Counted from the first letter of the stretch, positions 27,757 through 38,717 are shown. The stretch: 64,000 nt of DNA from Promethearchaeota archaeon (GCA_019894975.1 JAGXNO010000011.1:1-64000); one strand, 5' to 3'. A program made the numbers and translations. The notes: generated by a model not told the origin, from the sequence alone.

Positions 27757-29562
27757 TCAGGCAACTTGAACATTTAATTGTCGGGTGAGTTTTTTCCTTA
27801 TGGATTCTATTTTCAGGAAATCGTCATTATCAACAGTTTTACTGATTCTTAATATGGCATTAACCAGATCAGGATCAATTAAATTTTCAATTAAGACTCC
27901 CTGATCTACAAGGTCTTTACCCTGGTTGTAAATAAGTAATATGAGTTTTATCATCCCTAATAATTTTTTAACGTTGGTATAGCTATCAATTTCATCAAAA
28001 GCACTTTGGATGAGAAATCCATTTTTAATTAGTCTAGATATAAATAAGATTAGCTGCTGAGATTCTGGTAAATTTTTCTCACCAACTAATTGAATAACGT
28101 ACTTAAGCTCTTGTTCTTGAGATAAAATCTCATTTACTTGCTTCCGGCATTCTACCCAATCAATATCTATTTCCTTCCAATCAATATCTCTCTCATACCA
28201 CCAATCCGCTAAGTACGCAGCATAGTTTGAATAGGAACTTGCCCAGTCTATTGCGGGATAATGTTTCAGATATGCCAATTTTGGATCCAAAGCCCAAAAA
28301 ACCTGGACAAGTCTTTTTGAAGTGGCTGTAACCGGTTCACTAAAATCTCCAGCAGGTGGAGAGATTGTGCCCAAAATCGTCAGAGATCCATTTCTTTCTC
28401 CACCTAAATGATCTTTTCCTATATTTTTAACCACACCTGCGCGTTCATAAAAGCTAGATAGTTTTGATGGTAAATAAGCAGGATACCCTTCTTCAGCAGG
28501 CATTTCTTCTAAAAGTCCAGAAATTTCTCTCAAAGATTCCGCCCATCGCGATGTACTGTCAGCTAATACAACAACATCATATCCCATATCTCGATAGTAT
28601 TCAGCTATGGTAACTCCTGAAAATAAACTAGCCTCGCGCGCTGAAACAGGCATGTTTGAGGTATTTGCAATAAGAACGATATGATCTATTAAGGGGGCTC
28701 CAGTTGTTCTATCCTTAGTTTCTGAAAATTGCTTTAAAATATTTGCTATCTCGTTCCCCGGCTCCCCGCAACCAATGAAAATGATCACATCAGCATTACA
28801 CCACTTTGCAAGGGATTGTTGGATAATAGTCTTCCCCGTTCCGAATCCTCCTGGAATCGCAGTAGTACCGCCCTTTGCTAATGGAAATAATAAATCTATA
28901 ACACGCATTCCAGTAATTAAAGGTTCGTTTGGATCTTCTTTCTTTTTATAAGGTCTACTCTTGGTAACTGGCCATTTTTGTAACATCGGAAAAGAAGTTT
29001 CAACTCCATCAATCTTTAATCGATATATTTCATCAACGATAATATAATCTCCCTCAGGAGCAATATGAGTTAGATTACCTTTAATATTAGGAGGCACCAT
29101 GATTTTGTGTTCTATTATAGGTGTTTCTTGCACAGTCCCGATAATATCCCCGCCATCAACTTCCTTGTTTATTTCCATTTGTGGTGTAAAGTGCCATTTT
29201 TTGTCCCGAGAAAGAGGCGGGTATTTTATTCCCCGATCCAGTTTACCAGAAGTGTCACTATTAAAAACTCTTTCTAAGGGTCTCTGGATTCCATCAAAAA
29301 CACTTGATAATAAGCCAGGACCCAATTCCATAGAAAGAGGAACCTCTAAACTAATTACATCCTCATTTAATTTTACTTTCATAGTATTATCGAAACATTG
29401 GACAATAATATGATCTGAATAGATTTGAATTATTTCCCCTAAAATATTATGTTTAAGTATTTTAACGATATCATGTAGACGTGACACCTCTTCAAGTCCT
29501 TTTACTTTTATTAAGGATCCTATAATTTCTGCTATATATCCTGTTTTCTGTTCTGTCATCAT
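27757..29562 (-). CDS. atpA: A/V-type ATPase subunit A, second copy, with GEPGNE in place of GERGNE
   Basis: [38 protein letters not shown] and [13 protein letters not shown]. Confidence 0.93.
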   Translation of the reverse strand: MMTEQKTGYIAEIIGSLIKVKGLEEVSRLHDIVKILKHNILGEIIQIYSDHIIVQCFDNTMKVKLNEDVISLEVPLSMELGPGLLSSVFDGIQRPLERVFNSDTSGKLDRGIKYPPLSRDKKWHFTPQMEINKEVDGGDIIGTVQETPIIEHKIMVPPNIKGNLTHIAPEGDYIIVDEIYRLKIDGVETSFPMLQKWPVTKSRPYKKKEDPNEPLITGMRVIDLLFPLAKGGTTAIPGGFGTGKTIIQQSLAKWCNADVIIFIGCGEPGNEIANILKQFSETKDRTTGAPLIDHIVLIANTSNMPVSAREASLFSGVTIAEYYRDMGYDVVVLADSTSRWAESLREISGLLEEMPAEEGYPAYLPSKLSSFYERAGVVKNIGKDHLGGERNGSLTILGTISPPAGDFSEPVTATSKRLVQVFWALDPKLAYLKHYPAIDWASSYSNYAAYLADWWYERDIDWKEIDIDWVECRKQVNEILSQEQELKYVIQLVGEKNLPESQQLILFISRLIKNGFLIQSAFDEIDSYTNVKKLLGMIKLILLIYNQGKDLVDQGVLIENLIDPDLVNAILRISKTVDNDDFLKIESIRKKLTRQLNVQVA

Positions 29563-29568
29563 AATTTC

Positions 29569-30030
29569 CTAATATTTCACATTTTTATTACAAAAGGGAC
29601 ATTGCTTTACAAAGTTTGGTATGATATTGCCACAATTTCTGCATTTTAGTACAATAGGTTTATAATATTTTGTACTTAACCTAATGGGTCTACGAATCCT
29701 GCGTTGTGTTTGTTCAATTTCCTTCTTTTGTGATATCGAACTACTTGTCTCAATAGGGGGCTCTCTCCTTTTGTCTGGGAACATCTTTGAATATAAAGAT
29801 TTACCTTTTTTCCGAAATAACAACCCAATCGTCATTAAAAGTATAAATATGATAATTAAAATTGTTATTACTGGATCGCTTCCAGATTCTACAAGAATAT
29901 AATATAAATAACCAAGAATAAGTAAATAGATTACTAAAAAAACTATACGAATAACAAACCGTTTTCGAGGATATCTATTAACATTATTTTCAGTTGCCAT
30001 AAAATATTTACTCAGATACTGAATTTTCAT
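29569..30030 (-). CDS. Two-TM membrane protein with C-terminal zinc ribbon, embedded in the ATPase operon
   Basis: Two hydrophobic helices and CRNCG..CPFC; abuts atpI and atpA2. Confidence 0.7.
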   Translation of the reverse strand: MKIQYLSKYFMATENNVNRYPRKRFVIRIVFLVIYLLILGYLYYILVESGSDPVITILIIIFILLMTIGLLFRKKGKSLYSKMFPDKRREPPIETSSSISQKKEIEQTQRRIRRPIRLSTKYYKPIVLKCRNCGNIIPNFVKQCPFCNKNVKY

Positions 30031-32373
30031 CTATTCATATTTTTTTGAAATATAACTTATAGCTTTATCAATTTCTTCTTTAACTGATACAGTATCAATT
30101 TCCTTCTCAATTTCTTCAGAAATTATATCTTTTCCAATTTCCGCTTGAAATGTCATGATAGAATAATCGCTATCTAAATAAAATGGAAAATATTCAATTC
30201 CAGAGCCTCTGTAGAATTTGAAAAAGAACTCGTAATAATGCAATCGCATAGTATTAATGAAAACAAGAAGACCTTCGATTATGATAACGACTAGGTTCCC
30301 AAAAATTGCCCCCACAAACTTCAGTAACTCAATCAAGAATCCTTCACCTTCGATTAAATTTCCCATTTCATTAAAGGAGAATATTAAAGCAATATGAGCT
30401 AATGCTAAAGCTAATAACCTAATATAAGATAATACATTACTCATAACAGACAATATTGTTTCAAATGTTTCAATAGTACCTTCTCCGATTAAACTTCCAA
30501 CAGATTCCTCTTGAAGATATGAAATCCCAATAATCTTACCGAGAGGTTTTAAAATCAATAATAATATACCGGGAATCAGTGTTAATAAAATAGGGTAAGG
30601 AGGGGCCGTCCAAGCGTAAATATCAAAACCATTGTTGAAAATAAGAGTATAACCACCTATTAGTAAAAGAATCTTGATAAGAGAATCACTTAATGCTAGA
30701 TACTTCCTGTTTTGTTTCCAGTAATTTAAGAATTGTATAAACCATCCTAAAATAATATGGAAAACTCCAATTATAATAGTAAAATAAAACACAGAAAGAA
30801 TATTGTTCAATGGATTGTATAATGTAAAATTAAAGAATGGGATCCATTCTGGTTTAATAATTCCGAAACTAATAAATGAGATTATTTCAGAGAGTTTAAA
30901 GCTTTTTAACTCAAAGTAAACTTTTCCAAATATTTCGATCTCTTCTTTACCAAAAAATTCTCCATATAAAAATCCTACAAAGAAAGAAGCAATTCCACAA
31001 AAAAAGATAATCCAACTAAAACTCGCAATCCCCTTACTCCGGTTCCTTAAAAACCACGCACCTAATAATCCAGAAATCATCAATGTTAATCCATGACCTA
31101 TATCTCCAAACATTAAACCAAATAATATTGGAAAAGTAATAGCAATAAAAGGAGTAGGATCTATTTCTGAATAAGTGGGTGTGCCATACATTTTAGTGAT
31201 CATTTCAAAGGGCCTAAAGAGAAAGAAGTTCTTCATTACTGTTGGAGCAGTATCTCGTAAATCTTCTAATTTTTTCCCTGATTCGGTTATCTCTTTTTCA
31301 ATATCACCCACATCAGGTTTTGGTTCTCCTTTTGGTTCTTTAATTCTTTTCTTCTTTCCTTTAAACGATTCAAATATTGGACGTTTCTTAGATATTTTTA
31401 TTGATTCAATCGTAATATTATCTTTAAACATTGTGAATAGGTCTTGAATTACTTTGTTTCTGAGTCTTGAAGGAATAAAAAATTTTAAAGATAACCGATT
31501 TGGTCCCGCCATTTCAAACTGTTCTTCTGCCCAATTGTATTCCTCTATATTTTGAACAATTTCATTTATACTAGCAAATATAAGTAAATTATCTTGAGCA
31601 ATACGAGTCTGTTCTTTTTGATACCGAGAAACCAAATTTTCGATGAAATGTAATTCTTTATCAATTCTTTTAAAATTTATTCCCTCTTTTGTTAAGTATT
31701 TTTTGAGAATTTGTACTTCTTCTGAATGGATAAGACGAATTCTCCCATTAAATTCATTTTCCCGATCTTTCGGATATATGATATAAAATCCAATTCGATC
31801 TTCACTTAATTCAAACGTCTCATAATAATTAGGAAATTCAGATGAATCGAACAAATTTTTTAAATTAGCTAAATTTTTGGAAAATGTAGTAAAAACACGA
31901 AAACTAAAATATTTTAAATTCTCAATAACGTCTGTATTCAGATTTATCCGTTCCAAGTTTTCATAACTAGATTTAATAATCTTTATACTCTCTAATTCAA
32001 TAATTCCTGTTGAAATATAACTTTTTAATTCACTCACTCTATTTGAATAAAAATCAATTTCTTCTGTAACATGGTCAATCAATTCAGAGAAGTCATTCGC
32101 AACAAATTCCATTCTCTCACTTCTTTCAATTTTTAAATCCAGGACATCCTGTACCCCAGTATCAAGTCTTTTAAATAAAGTATTCAAACTTTTTCTTAAA
32201 TCTTTGATATTTTGTTTAGTGGAATCCTTAAAGTCTCCACTTCCTTTGATTTTAGGTTTTTTTCTTGACTTGATATGCACAGCATTTATGTTAGAAAGTT
32301 CCATAAGAAATTGATCTTTATAATTTTGATTGATTTCCGCTCTAATTAAACTAAACTCTTCTTTCTTTACCAT
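30031..32373 (-). CDS. atpI: A/V-type ATPase subunit I (a)
   Basis: PTVMKN, YGTPTYSEIDPTP, FGLMFGDIGHG, SNVLSYIRLLAL (essential Arg) and RLHYYEFF. Confidence 0.95.
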   Translation of the reverse strand: MVKKEEFSLIRAEINQNYKDQFLMELSNINAVHIKSRKKPKIKGSGDFKDSTKQNIKDLRKSLNTLFKRLDTGVQDVLDLKIERSERMEFVANDFSELIDHVTEEIDFYSNRVSELKSYISTGIIELESIKIIKSSYENLERINLNTDVIENLKYFSFRVFTTFSKNLANLKNLFDSSEFPNYYETFELSEDRIGFYIIYPKDRENEFNGRIRLIHSEEVQILKKYLTKEGINFKRIDKELHFIENLVSRYQKEQTRIAQDNLLIFASINEIVQNIEEYNWAEEQFEMAGPNRLSLKFFIPSRLRNKVIQDLFTMFKDNITIESIKISKKRPIFESFKGKKKRIKEPKGEPKPDVGDIEKEITESGKKLEDLRDTAPTVMKNFFLFRPFEMITKMYGTPTYSEIDPTPFIAITFPILFGLMFGDIGHGLTLMISGLLGAWFLRNRSKGIASFSWIIFFCGIASFFVGFLYGEFFGKEEIEIFGKVYFELKSFKLSEIISFISFGIIKPEWIPFFNFTLYNPLNNILSVFYFTIIIGVFHIILGWFIQFLNYWKQNRKYLALSDSLIKILLLIGGYTLIFNNGFDIYAWTAPPYPILLTLIPGILLLILKPLGKIIGISYLQEESVGSLIGEGTIETFETILSVMSNVLSYIRLLALALAHIALIFSFNEMGNLIEGEGFLIELLKFVGAIFGNLVVIIIEGLLVFINTMRLHYYEFFFKFYRGSGIEYFPFYLDSDYSIMTFQAEIGKDIISEEIEKEIDTVSVKEEIDKAISYISKKYE

Positions 32374-32384
32374 CTACATCATGC

Positions 32385-33032
32385 TTATATATTTTTTTGC
32401 TGATTTATAATCAAATCTTTCGTTTTTTTTAATCGTATATAACCTTCTCTCTCAATTTCTTCTAAAACATCCTTTATCTTTTTAATATCCTCTTTTAACC
32501 TTGGTATTATGATATTTTTAAGCCCGTTTATCCTACGGTTAACCTTTTTGAAATTAAGAGAATATTTTAATAATAAATCCTCTATTTCAGAAAATTTAAT
32601 TAAAGCGTCAAAAAATTGATTTAAGACAATTATTAAATCATCAAGATAATGACTAGTGTTTTCAAACGTATAAGCGGGAAGAACTTCCTCTCGTGATAAT
32701 TTATAGTCTACATGAGATACAAGGATTCCTGCTTTTTTTTTATATCGAATGGCTATAACCGGTTTATGTTGTATTTTACTCAATCTACTAATTAAATTCA
32801 GACCGTACTTACCCATTTCCTCATAAGTGTGATTCAATTTTAAAAGTGATTGTTTAAACAGAGAAATAAATTCAATTCTTAGTTTATTATATTCTTTCCA
32901 TATCAGCTTAATTGTGAACATTAATTGTTCTCGTTTAAATTCTAAATATGTTTCTCCTTTGGTAGCAAAGTTAAGCCGTTTAGCTAATACCATTAAATTT
33001 GATTTTGTTGGTTTAAGTTCTCTAAAGCTGAT
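32385..33032 (-). CDS. atpD: A/V-type ATPase subunit D (probable ATC start at 33032)
   Basis: The extension gives ELKPTKSNL (conserved N-terminal PT motif), then LEFKREQL, NRRINGLKNIIIP and EIEREGYIRLKK. The track starts at internal ATG 32993. Confidence 0.88.
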   Translation of the reverse strand: MSFRELKPTKSNLMVLAKRLNFATKGETYLEFKREQLMFTIKLIWKEYNKLRIEFISLFKQSLLKLNHTYEEMGKYGLNLISRLSKIQHKPVIAIRYKKKAGILVSHVDYKLSREEVLPAYTFENTSHYLDDLIIVLNQFFDALIKFSEIEDLLLKYSLNFKKVNRRINGLKNIIIPRLKEDIKKIKDVLEEIEREGYIRLKKTKDLIINQQKNI

Positions 33033-33035
33033 CTC

Positions 33036-34427
33036 TTACACCTTTGATTGATAAAAATCGTCTATAAATTTTTGACGAATCCTAAATAATTGATTTGGAG
33101 TCAAATTTGAAAGTACATCCCATGATAAATTCATTGTATCTTCAAAACTTCGTTCCTCGTCTGATTTTTGATTTAATAACGTTTGTTCAAAATCATTTCC
33201 AAATGCTAAAATATTTTTTTGATCATGAGTTAATCCATCTTCTCCTACAACTGAGATAAGATCCTTAACTTCTAAGTAATTTGAGTATGAAGCTAGTAAT
33301 TGTGAATTAACATCGGCATGATCTTCTCTGGTTCTCTCTTTACCAATTGCATCTTTCATTAATCTGGAAATTGATGATAACACATCAAAAGGAGGATAAA
33401 TTCCTTTTTTATGTAGACTTCGACTGAGGACCAACTGTCCTTCAGTAATATAACCGGTAGTATCTGGTATAGGATGGGAAATATCATCGTTTGGCATTGT
33501 TAAAATTGGTATTTGGGTTATTGAACCTTTTTTTCCTTTAATTTTACCTGTTCTCTCATATAATGAAGCGAGATCAGAATATATGTAGCCAGGATATCCT
33601 TTCCTACTGGGGATTTCTTCCTTCGCCGAGCTCAGTTCTCTTAAAGCTTCACAATAGTTTGTCATGTCAATTAAAATGACGAGAATATGCATATCTTTTT
33701 CGAATGCGAAATATTCTGCTGTAGTTAAGGCTACTCTTGGGATGATCAATCTTTCAATTATTGGATCATCTGCAAAATTTATAAATGAGATAATATTCTG
33801 GATGGTTCCACTTTCTTGAAATTTCTTTAAAAAGTAAATAGCTTCATCCTGAATTATACCTATCCCGCAAAAGATTATAGCAAAAGGCTCTTCTGATGTA
33901 ACTTTAGCTTGTGTGGCGATTTGAGCAGCTAGTTTATTATGTGGCATGCCTTGTCCACTGAAAATAGGAAGTTTTTGACCTCTAATTAATGTAAACAACC
34001 CATCTATTACAGATATTCCGGTTTGGACAACATCTACAGGATATTCCCTTGCAAAAGGATTGATGGGAACGCCATTTATATCCCTTTGAACATCTGTTAA
34101 TAAATCTGAATCTAGCACTTCTTTAGTTTTAATATCAATAGGTCTGCCCAATGAATTAAAAGTTTGACCAAACATATCCTTTGAGATTTTCACATTAAAG
34201 ATGTCTTCTGTAAAAACAATTTCAGCATTTTCTGTAGATAATCCTGTTGTATCTTCAAAAACTTCAATGACAATTATTTCTTCACTCATCTTTATTACTC
34301 GTCCTGTCCTTACCATACCGTCGACAGTTCTTATTTTTACAATTTCACCATATTGAGCATCGTGCTCATTTTTTAGAAAAAGAAGGGGTCCAATGATTCG
34401 TTCAATTTTTCTATAAATTACACTCAT
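33036..34427 (-). CDS. atpB: A/V-type ATPase subunit B
   Basis: GPLL, QTGISVID, RGQKLPIFSG, DMTNYCEALRE, PNDDISHPIPD and ISRLMK. Confidence 0.96.
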   Translation of the reverse strand: MSVIYRKIERIIGPLLFLKNEHDAQYGEIVKIRTVDGMVRTGRVIKMSEEIIVIEVFEDTTGLSTENAEIVFTEDIFNVKISKDMFGQTFNSLGRPIDIKTKEVLDSDLLTDVQRDINGVPINPFAREYPVDVVQTGISVIDGLFTLIRGQKLPIFSGQGMPHNKLAAQIATQAKVTSEEPFAIIFCGIGIIQDEAIYFLKKFQESGTIQNIISFINFADDPIIERLIIPRVALTTAEYFAFEKDMHILVILIDMTNYCEALRELSSAKEEIPSRKGYPGYIYSDLASLYERTGKIKGKKGSITQIPILTMPNDDISHPIPDTTGYITEGQLVLSRSLHKKGIYPPFDVLSSISRLMKDAIGKERTREDHADVNSQLLASYSNYLEVKDLISVVGEDGLTHDQKNILAFGNDFEQTLLNQKSDEERSFEDTMNLSWDVLSNLTPNQLFRIRQKFIDDFYQSKV

Positions 34428-36277
34428 TATTTTTTAATTACTCCATGTGTTAATTTCAAAAATTCAATTTCATTAAGCAATTTCATTTTAATCTCTTCAA
34501 TTTTTTCTATATTATCATTTGGGATAGTACGGTTTATTCTTAAAATATCATTAATAGATTTAAGTGATTTTATATCTTCCATATATAATCCCTGTTTCAA
34601 TAATTCCTTACTTTCTTTAAAGAGTAAAAGAATAATTTTTATCATAGCTAAGAGTTTGCCAATATTTGTAAAATTATCAATTTCATCAAAAGCGTTTTGA
34701 ATTAAAAACGAATTTGTTAACAATCGCGCCATATAAACATCTAACTGTTGATTGTCAGATAAATTTTCTTCACCAATTAATTGAGTTATATATTTTAGTT
34801 CATTATCTTTTGATAAAATCTCGTTAACTTGGTTTCGACAATCAAGCCAGTCAATATCAATCTCAACCCAGTCAATATCCCTTTCAAACCACCAATCTGA
34901 TATATAATCCGGATAATTCGAATATGAATTTAACCAATTTATGGCAGGATAGTGTTTTGAATATGCCAATTGTGCATCTAAAGCCCAGATTCCTTGTACA
35001 AAATTTTTTGTGGTAGCGGTTACGGGCTCACTAAAATCTCCTGCTGGAGGGCTCACTGAACCGATGATCGTCAAAGATCCCCGAGTTTCGTTTCCAGATT
35101 CATCTTTCCCATGAAGCTTAACAATTCCTGCTCTTTCATAGAAACTAGAAAGCTTTGATGGTAAATATGCAGGATATCCTTCCTCTGCAGGCATTTCTTC
35201 CAAAAGACCAGATATTTCTCTTAAAGATTCCGCCCACCTTGAAGTGCTATCAGCAAGAACAGCAACGTCAAATCCCATATCTCTATAATATTCCGCGATG
35301 GTTACTCCTGAAAAAATACTTGCTTCTCTAGCGGAAACAGGCATATTTGAAGTATTTGCAATAAGTACGATTCGATTCAATAAAGGTTGATTGCTCTTTG
35401 GATCAATTAAAGCTGAAAATTGCTTCAATACATCAGCTATCTCGTTCCCTCGTTCCCCGCAACCTACAAATATAACAACATCCGCATTACACCATTTAGC
35501 TAAAGATTGTTGAATAACAGTTTTTCCTGTTCCGAAACCGCCAGGAACACCAATAGTTCCTCCTTTCGTTATAGGAAATAGCAAATCTATTACACGCATT
35601 CCTGTAATTAATGGTTCTTCAGGAGAGAGTCTCTCCTTGAATGGTCTTGGTTTTGTTATTGGCCACTTTTGGAGCATCGCAAAAGACCTTTCATCTTTGT
35701 TAACTTTTAATCGAAAAATCTCATCTTCAATGGTATAATCTCCCTCAGGAGCAATATAAGTTAGTTTACCTTTTATTTTAGGAGGTACCATGATTTTATG
35801 TTCTATTGCGGGTGTTTCCTGAACAGTTCCCACTATATCTCCCCCTCTCATTTCCTTTGAAGTTATCTTTCGAGGTTTAAAGTGCCACATTTTCTCCCTT
35901 GATAATGAGGGTATTTCTAATCCTCTACGCAACCCCCCATTCTTAATTTGATCAAATGCTTTTTGTAAAGGCCTTTGAATTCCATCAAAAATATGTCCTA
36001 ACAATCCTGGTGCTAATTCCATTGAAAGTGGTTCATCTAAATTAAGAATTTCATCATTTATCCTTAGATTCATAGTGTTCTCAAAACACTGGGCCACAAC
36101 ATGATCTGAATAGATTTGAATAACCTCCCCTAAGATATTATGTTTTGTGACTTTAATCAAATCGTGGAGTTTGATCACTCTCTCTAATCCTTTTACTTTA
36201 ATTAAAGAGCCTATAATTGCTGAAATCTTTCCATATTGAGATTCATTTTTAGATTTGGATTTGATCATATTGAACAA
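34427..36277 (-). CDS. atpA: A/V-type ATPase catalytic subunit A (canonical copy; start probably ATG 36268)
   Basis: [17 protein letters not shown] and [12 protein letters not shown]. Confidence 0.96.
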   Translation of the reverse strand: MFNMIKSKSKNESQYGKISAIIGSLIKVKGLERVIKLHDLIKVTKHNILGEVIQIYSDHVVAQCFENTMNLRINDEILNLDEPLSMELAPGLLGHIFDGIQRPLQKAFDQIKNGGLRRGLEIPSLSREKMWHFKPRKITSKEMRGGDIVGTVQETPAIEHKIMVPPKIKGKLTYIAPEGDYTIEDEIFRLKVNKDERSFAMLQKWPITKPRPFKERLSPEEPLITGMRVIDLLFPITKGGTIGVPGGFGTGKTVIQQSLAKWCNADVVIFVGCGERGNEIADVLKQFSALIDPKSNQPLLNRIVLIANTSNMPVSAREASIFSGVTIAEYYRDMGFDVAVLADSTSRWAESLREISGLLEEMPAEEGYPAYLPSKLSSFYERAGIVKLHGKDESGNETRGSLTIIGSVSPPAGDFSEPVTATTKNFVQGIWALDAQLAYSKHYPAINWLNSYSNYPDYISDWWFERDIDWVEIDIDWLDCRNQVNEILSKDNELKYITQLIGEENLSDNQQLDVYMARLLTNSFLIQNAFDEIDNFTNIGKLLAMIKIILLLFKESKELLKQGLYMEDIKSLKSINDILRINRTIPNDNIEKIEEIKMKLLNEIEFLKLTHGVIKK

Positions 36278-36977
36278 GATATTCTGTAATTTTTTTCTTT
36301 TGTTCTTCTACAAATTCTTCATATTCCTTCTCGGTTTCTTTAATTTCGGTGTCATTTAATATTTTAGCTATTTCCATTTGAATAAATGATGAATTCTTAT
36401 CAATTAAGTTATCTATAGTATAATCGTAAGATATTACCCCTCCAACTAATGAAATTTTAAATCCACCTATAAAATCGTATCTATCTTCATTAATTTCTAC
36501 TGGATTCTTAAAAATATCCAAAATTTTATCAAAATTCTCTATAAAATAATTATAATCTTTATGATTGAAAATAAGTTCAATCTCTTGAGGCTTATCTATT
36601 ATTTTTGTAATTTTTGTAATTGAATTTAAAAGATATTTAATGTATGCAGAATGGTTTTTCTCTAATTCTACTTTAATATGGTTAATTAAGGTTGTTTTTA
36701 GAGAAGAAATCAAATTATTTTTTAAATAAAGAAACTTCTCTTTTCCTTTTAAAAGAGTTGTTGATAACGATTGGTTTAGAAATTGTTCATAATTTTCATT
36801 AAAATGGTTTTTAAGTCGTAAGGATCTCTCATTACTTCTTTCTAAAAACCTCTTTTTTATTTCTGCTTTTTGAAATAGTGTTTTTTGGTTTAGTTCTTTT
36901 ATTTCATTTGCTGCTTTATCGATTAAATAAAGCCCTATATTACTAAAACGGTCTTTTATTTCATTTTCTTCTGAAAT
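36249..36977 (-). CDS. atpE: A/V-type ATPase subunit E (probable ATT start at 36977)
   Basis: The frame is open 88 codons upstream of the track start (36713), giving a helical N-terminus (LIDKAANEIKE...). The C-terminus has IGGFKI...YDYTIDNL. Position between F and A fits. Confidence 0.8.
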   Translation of the reverse strand: MSEENEIKDRFSNIGLYLIDKAANEIKELNQKTLFQKAEIKKRFLERSNERSLRLKNHFNENYEQFLNQSLSTTLLKGKEKFLYLKNNLISSLKTTLINHIKVELEKNHSAYIKYLLNSITKITKIIDKPQEIELIFNHKDYNYFIENFDKILDIFKNPVEINEDRYDFIGGFKISLVGGVISYDYTIDNLIDKNSSFIQMEIAKILNDTEIKETEKEYEEFVEEQKKKITEYLVQYDQIQI

Positions 36978-36998
36978 CTTAACTCTACCTCACATTAT

Positions 36999-37316
36999 TT
37001 ATATTATATCACTAATCGCATCAGATATTTTTTTTAATATATGATCATCTATTTCAACATTAGGTCGGAATACATCCGGGAGAATAAATATAAATGGTGA
37101 CTTATTATTTAACTTGAAGTCTAATAAATAATCAACTAATTCCGTAGATAAGGGTAATGCTATAATAATCATTCCTATACGTGGGCGTTTTATCAACTTA
37201 TTAAAACTTTTTAAAAATTCATCTTGTTGTTCAACCACAATACCATCTAATCCCAAGAGTCCAAACATTAACACAATGTCTTCATCCCCTATTATATATA
37301 CTTCTTGATCAACCAT
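36999..37316 (-). CDS. atpF: A/V-type ATPase subunit F
   Basis: VYIIGDEDIVLMFGLLGLDG...IGMIII...PFIFILP. Confidence 0.9.
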   Translation of the reverse strand: MVDQEVYIIGDEDIVLMFGLLGLDGIVVEQQDEFLKSFNKLIKRPRIGMIIIALPLSTELVDYLLDFKLNNKSPFIFILPDVFRPNVEIDDHILKKISDAISDII

Positions 37317-37627
37317 TAAAAATCAAGTTCTATTTTTTCTAAAATTAATTTCTGCAAGTTTCCTATTTTCTTTTGGAACAAAGTTTCTATTTTATCTATT
37401 GCCTTTTGTAGCTGTTCCTCAAATTCTTTGGTTTTATCATTAACCTTTTTAGAAAGGTTACTCAATACCTCATTTACAAGTTCATTTTTATTATTAATTA
37501 GTTTCTCAAAGTTCTTTTGTTGGTCATCTCTGAGCTTCTCAATGTCTTTAATATTGCGATTTTTAGCATTGTCTATTAAATCTTCATAAATTTTTTCAAT
37601 ATCTTCTATTTCTTTAAATATATCCAT
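37316..37627 (-). CDS. atpH: A/V-type ATPase peripheral-stalk subunit H (G)
   Basis: 103-aa charged coiled coil, translationally coupled inside the operon; assigned by size and context. Confidence 0.6.
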   Translation of the reverse strand: MDIFKEIEDIEKIYEDLIDNAKNRNIKDIEKLRDDQQKNFEKLINNKNELVNEVLSNLSKKVNDKTKEFEEQLQKAIDKIETLFQKKIGNLQKLILEKIELDF

Positions 37628-38685
37628 TATTTCAACACTTTGTATTTATCATGGAGGATTTTTACTACTCTAGGTAATATATTAAGTCTAATTTCCTTAT
37701 CTTTCTTTATTAAAACTTCTATTATCCTGAAAACAGTTTTATATTCAATATCATCAACTTTAATTTCAAAACTTTTGAAGAAGTAATCTAAATATAATTT
37801 TTCAATTTCCCATATTAAATGTTTTTGTTTAATGGGAGAACGTAGGAGAGGAAATTTCATTTCTTTTGTAGAACTTAAATGTTGGGTCAGTCGAATAACA
37901 AAATTATCAACATTTTTAAGATGTAACAATTCATTCATTATCTTTTCATCTAAGAATAGATAGTTAGTAACAAGGAATTGTGATAATAAATTTCTATCAA
38001 TATTATTCTTAATACCCCTATATAACATATTTAGATTATAAATTTCAGTTATGCATTTCACATATAAAGAAATCATATCTTTCTCTTTTGGTCTTAAAGA
38101 TTTTAACTCATCATGTAAATTTTCATAATATAAGCGATCTAAAAAAGCTTCTAAGACAAAAGTTTCATTAGTTCTTTTGAAGTATAAAATTCCTTCTCTT
38201 ATCGATTCATAATATTTTGAATTTCTCATAAACAATTGAATTTCATCAAGGGAAGAAATTTCTAAAAGGTCGTTAATGAAACCTGTATTTTCTAAATAAG
38301 TTTCAACAAGTTTATTGACTAGAGATGACTTATCACTTGTACTCATCCCTAAAATTGTTCCTAAGATGATACGTTTAACGTTCATTATTTCATATTTCAA
38401 TAAAAAATTTTTTAAAAAAGTACGCATACTCAATGGAGAATAAGAGATTATCCTTCCAATTATTTTTATATAGGTATGAAATAATGCTCTTTCGATTTCT
38501 TCAATAGTATAAGCTCGAATAGACATTTCGGGGTAATAGAATCCAATATATTCTACAAATTCCTGAATATGTTTGATTTCTTTTAGTTTTATTAGTGTTA
38601 TTTCATCCATTATTAATTGTTTCAAAAAATCGATTTTAATAAGTGTAAAACTGTAGGCTGGAACAATAACACTCGTTTTTCTCAC
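37627..38685 (-). CDS. atpC: A/V-type ATPase subunit C (d)
   Basis: 352 aa, helical; IEEIERAL, LKYEIMNVKRI, LEAFLDRLYY and EIYNLNMLYRG. Confidence 0.82.
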   Translation of the reverse strand: MRKTSVIVPAYSFTLIKIDFLKQLIMDEITLIKLKEIKHIQEFVEYIGFYYPEMSIRAYTIEEIERALFHTYIKIIGRIISYSPLSMRTFLKNFLLKYEIMNVKRIILGTILGMSTSDKSSLVNKLVETYLENTGFINDLLEISSLDEIQLFMRNSKYYESIREGILYFKRTNETFVLEAFLDRLYYENLHDELKSLRPKEKDMISLYVKCITEIYNLNMLYRGIKNNIDRNLLSQFLVTNYLFLDEKIMNELLHLKNVDNFVIRLTQHLSSTKEMKFPLLRSPIKQKHLIWEIEKLYLDYFFKSFEIKVDDIEYKTVFRIIEVLIKKDKEIRLNILPRVVKILHDKYKVLK

Positions 38686-38717
38686 CAGATATAAATTCTT
38701 TAAAAAATAAACTTAAT

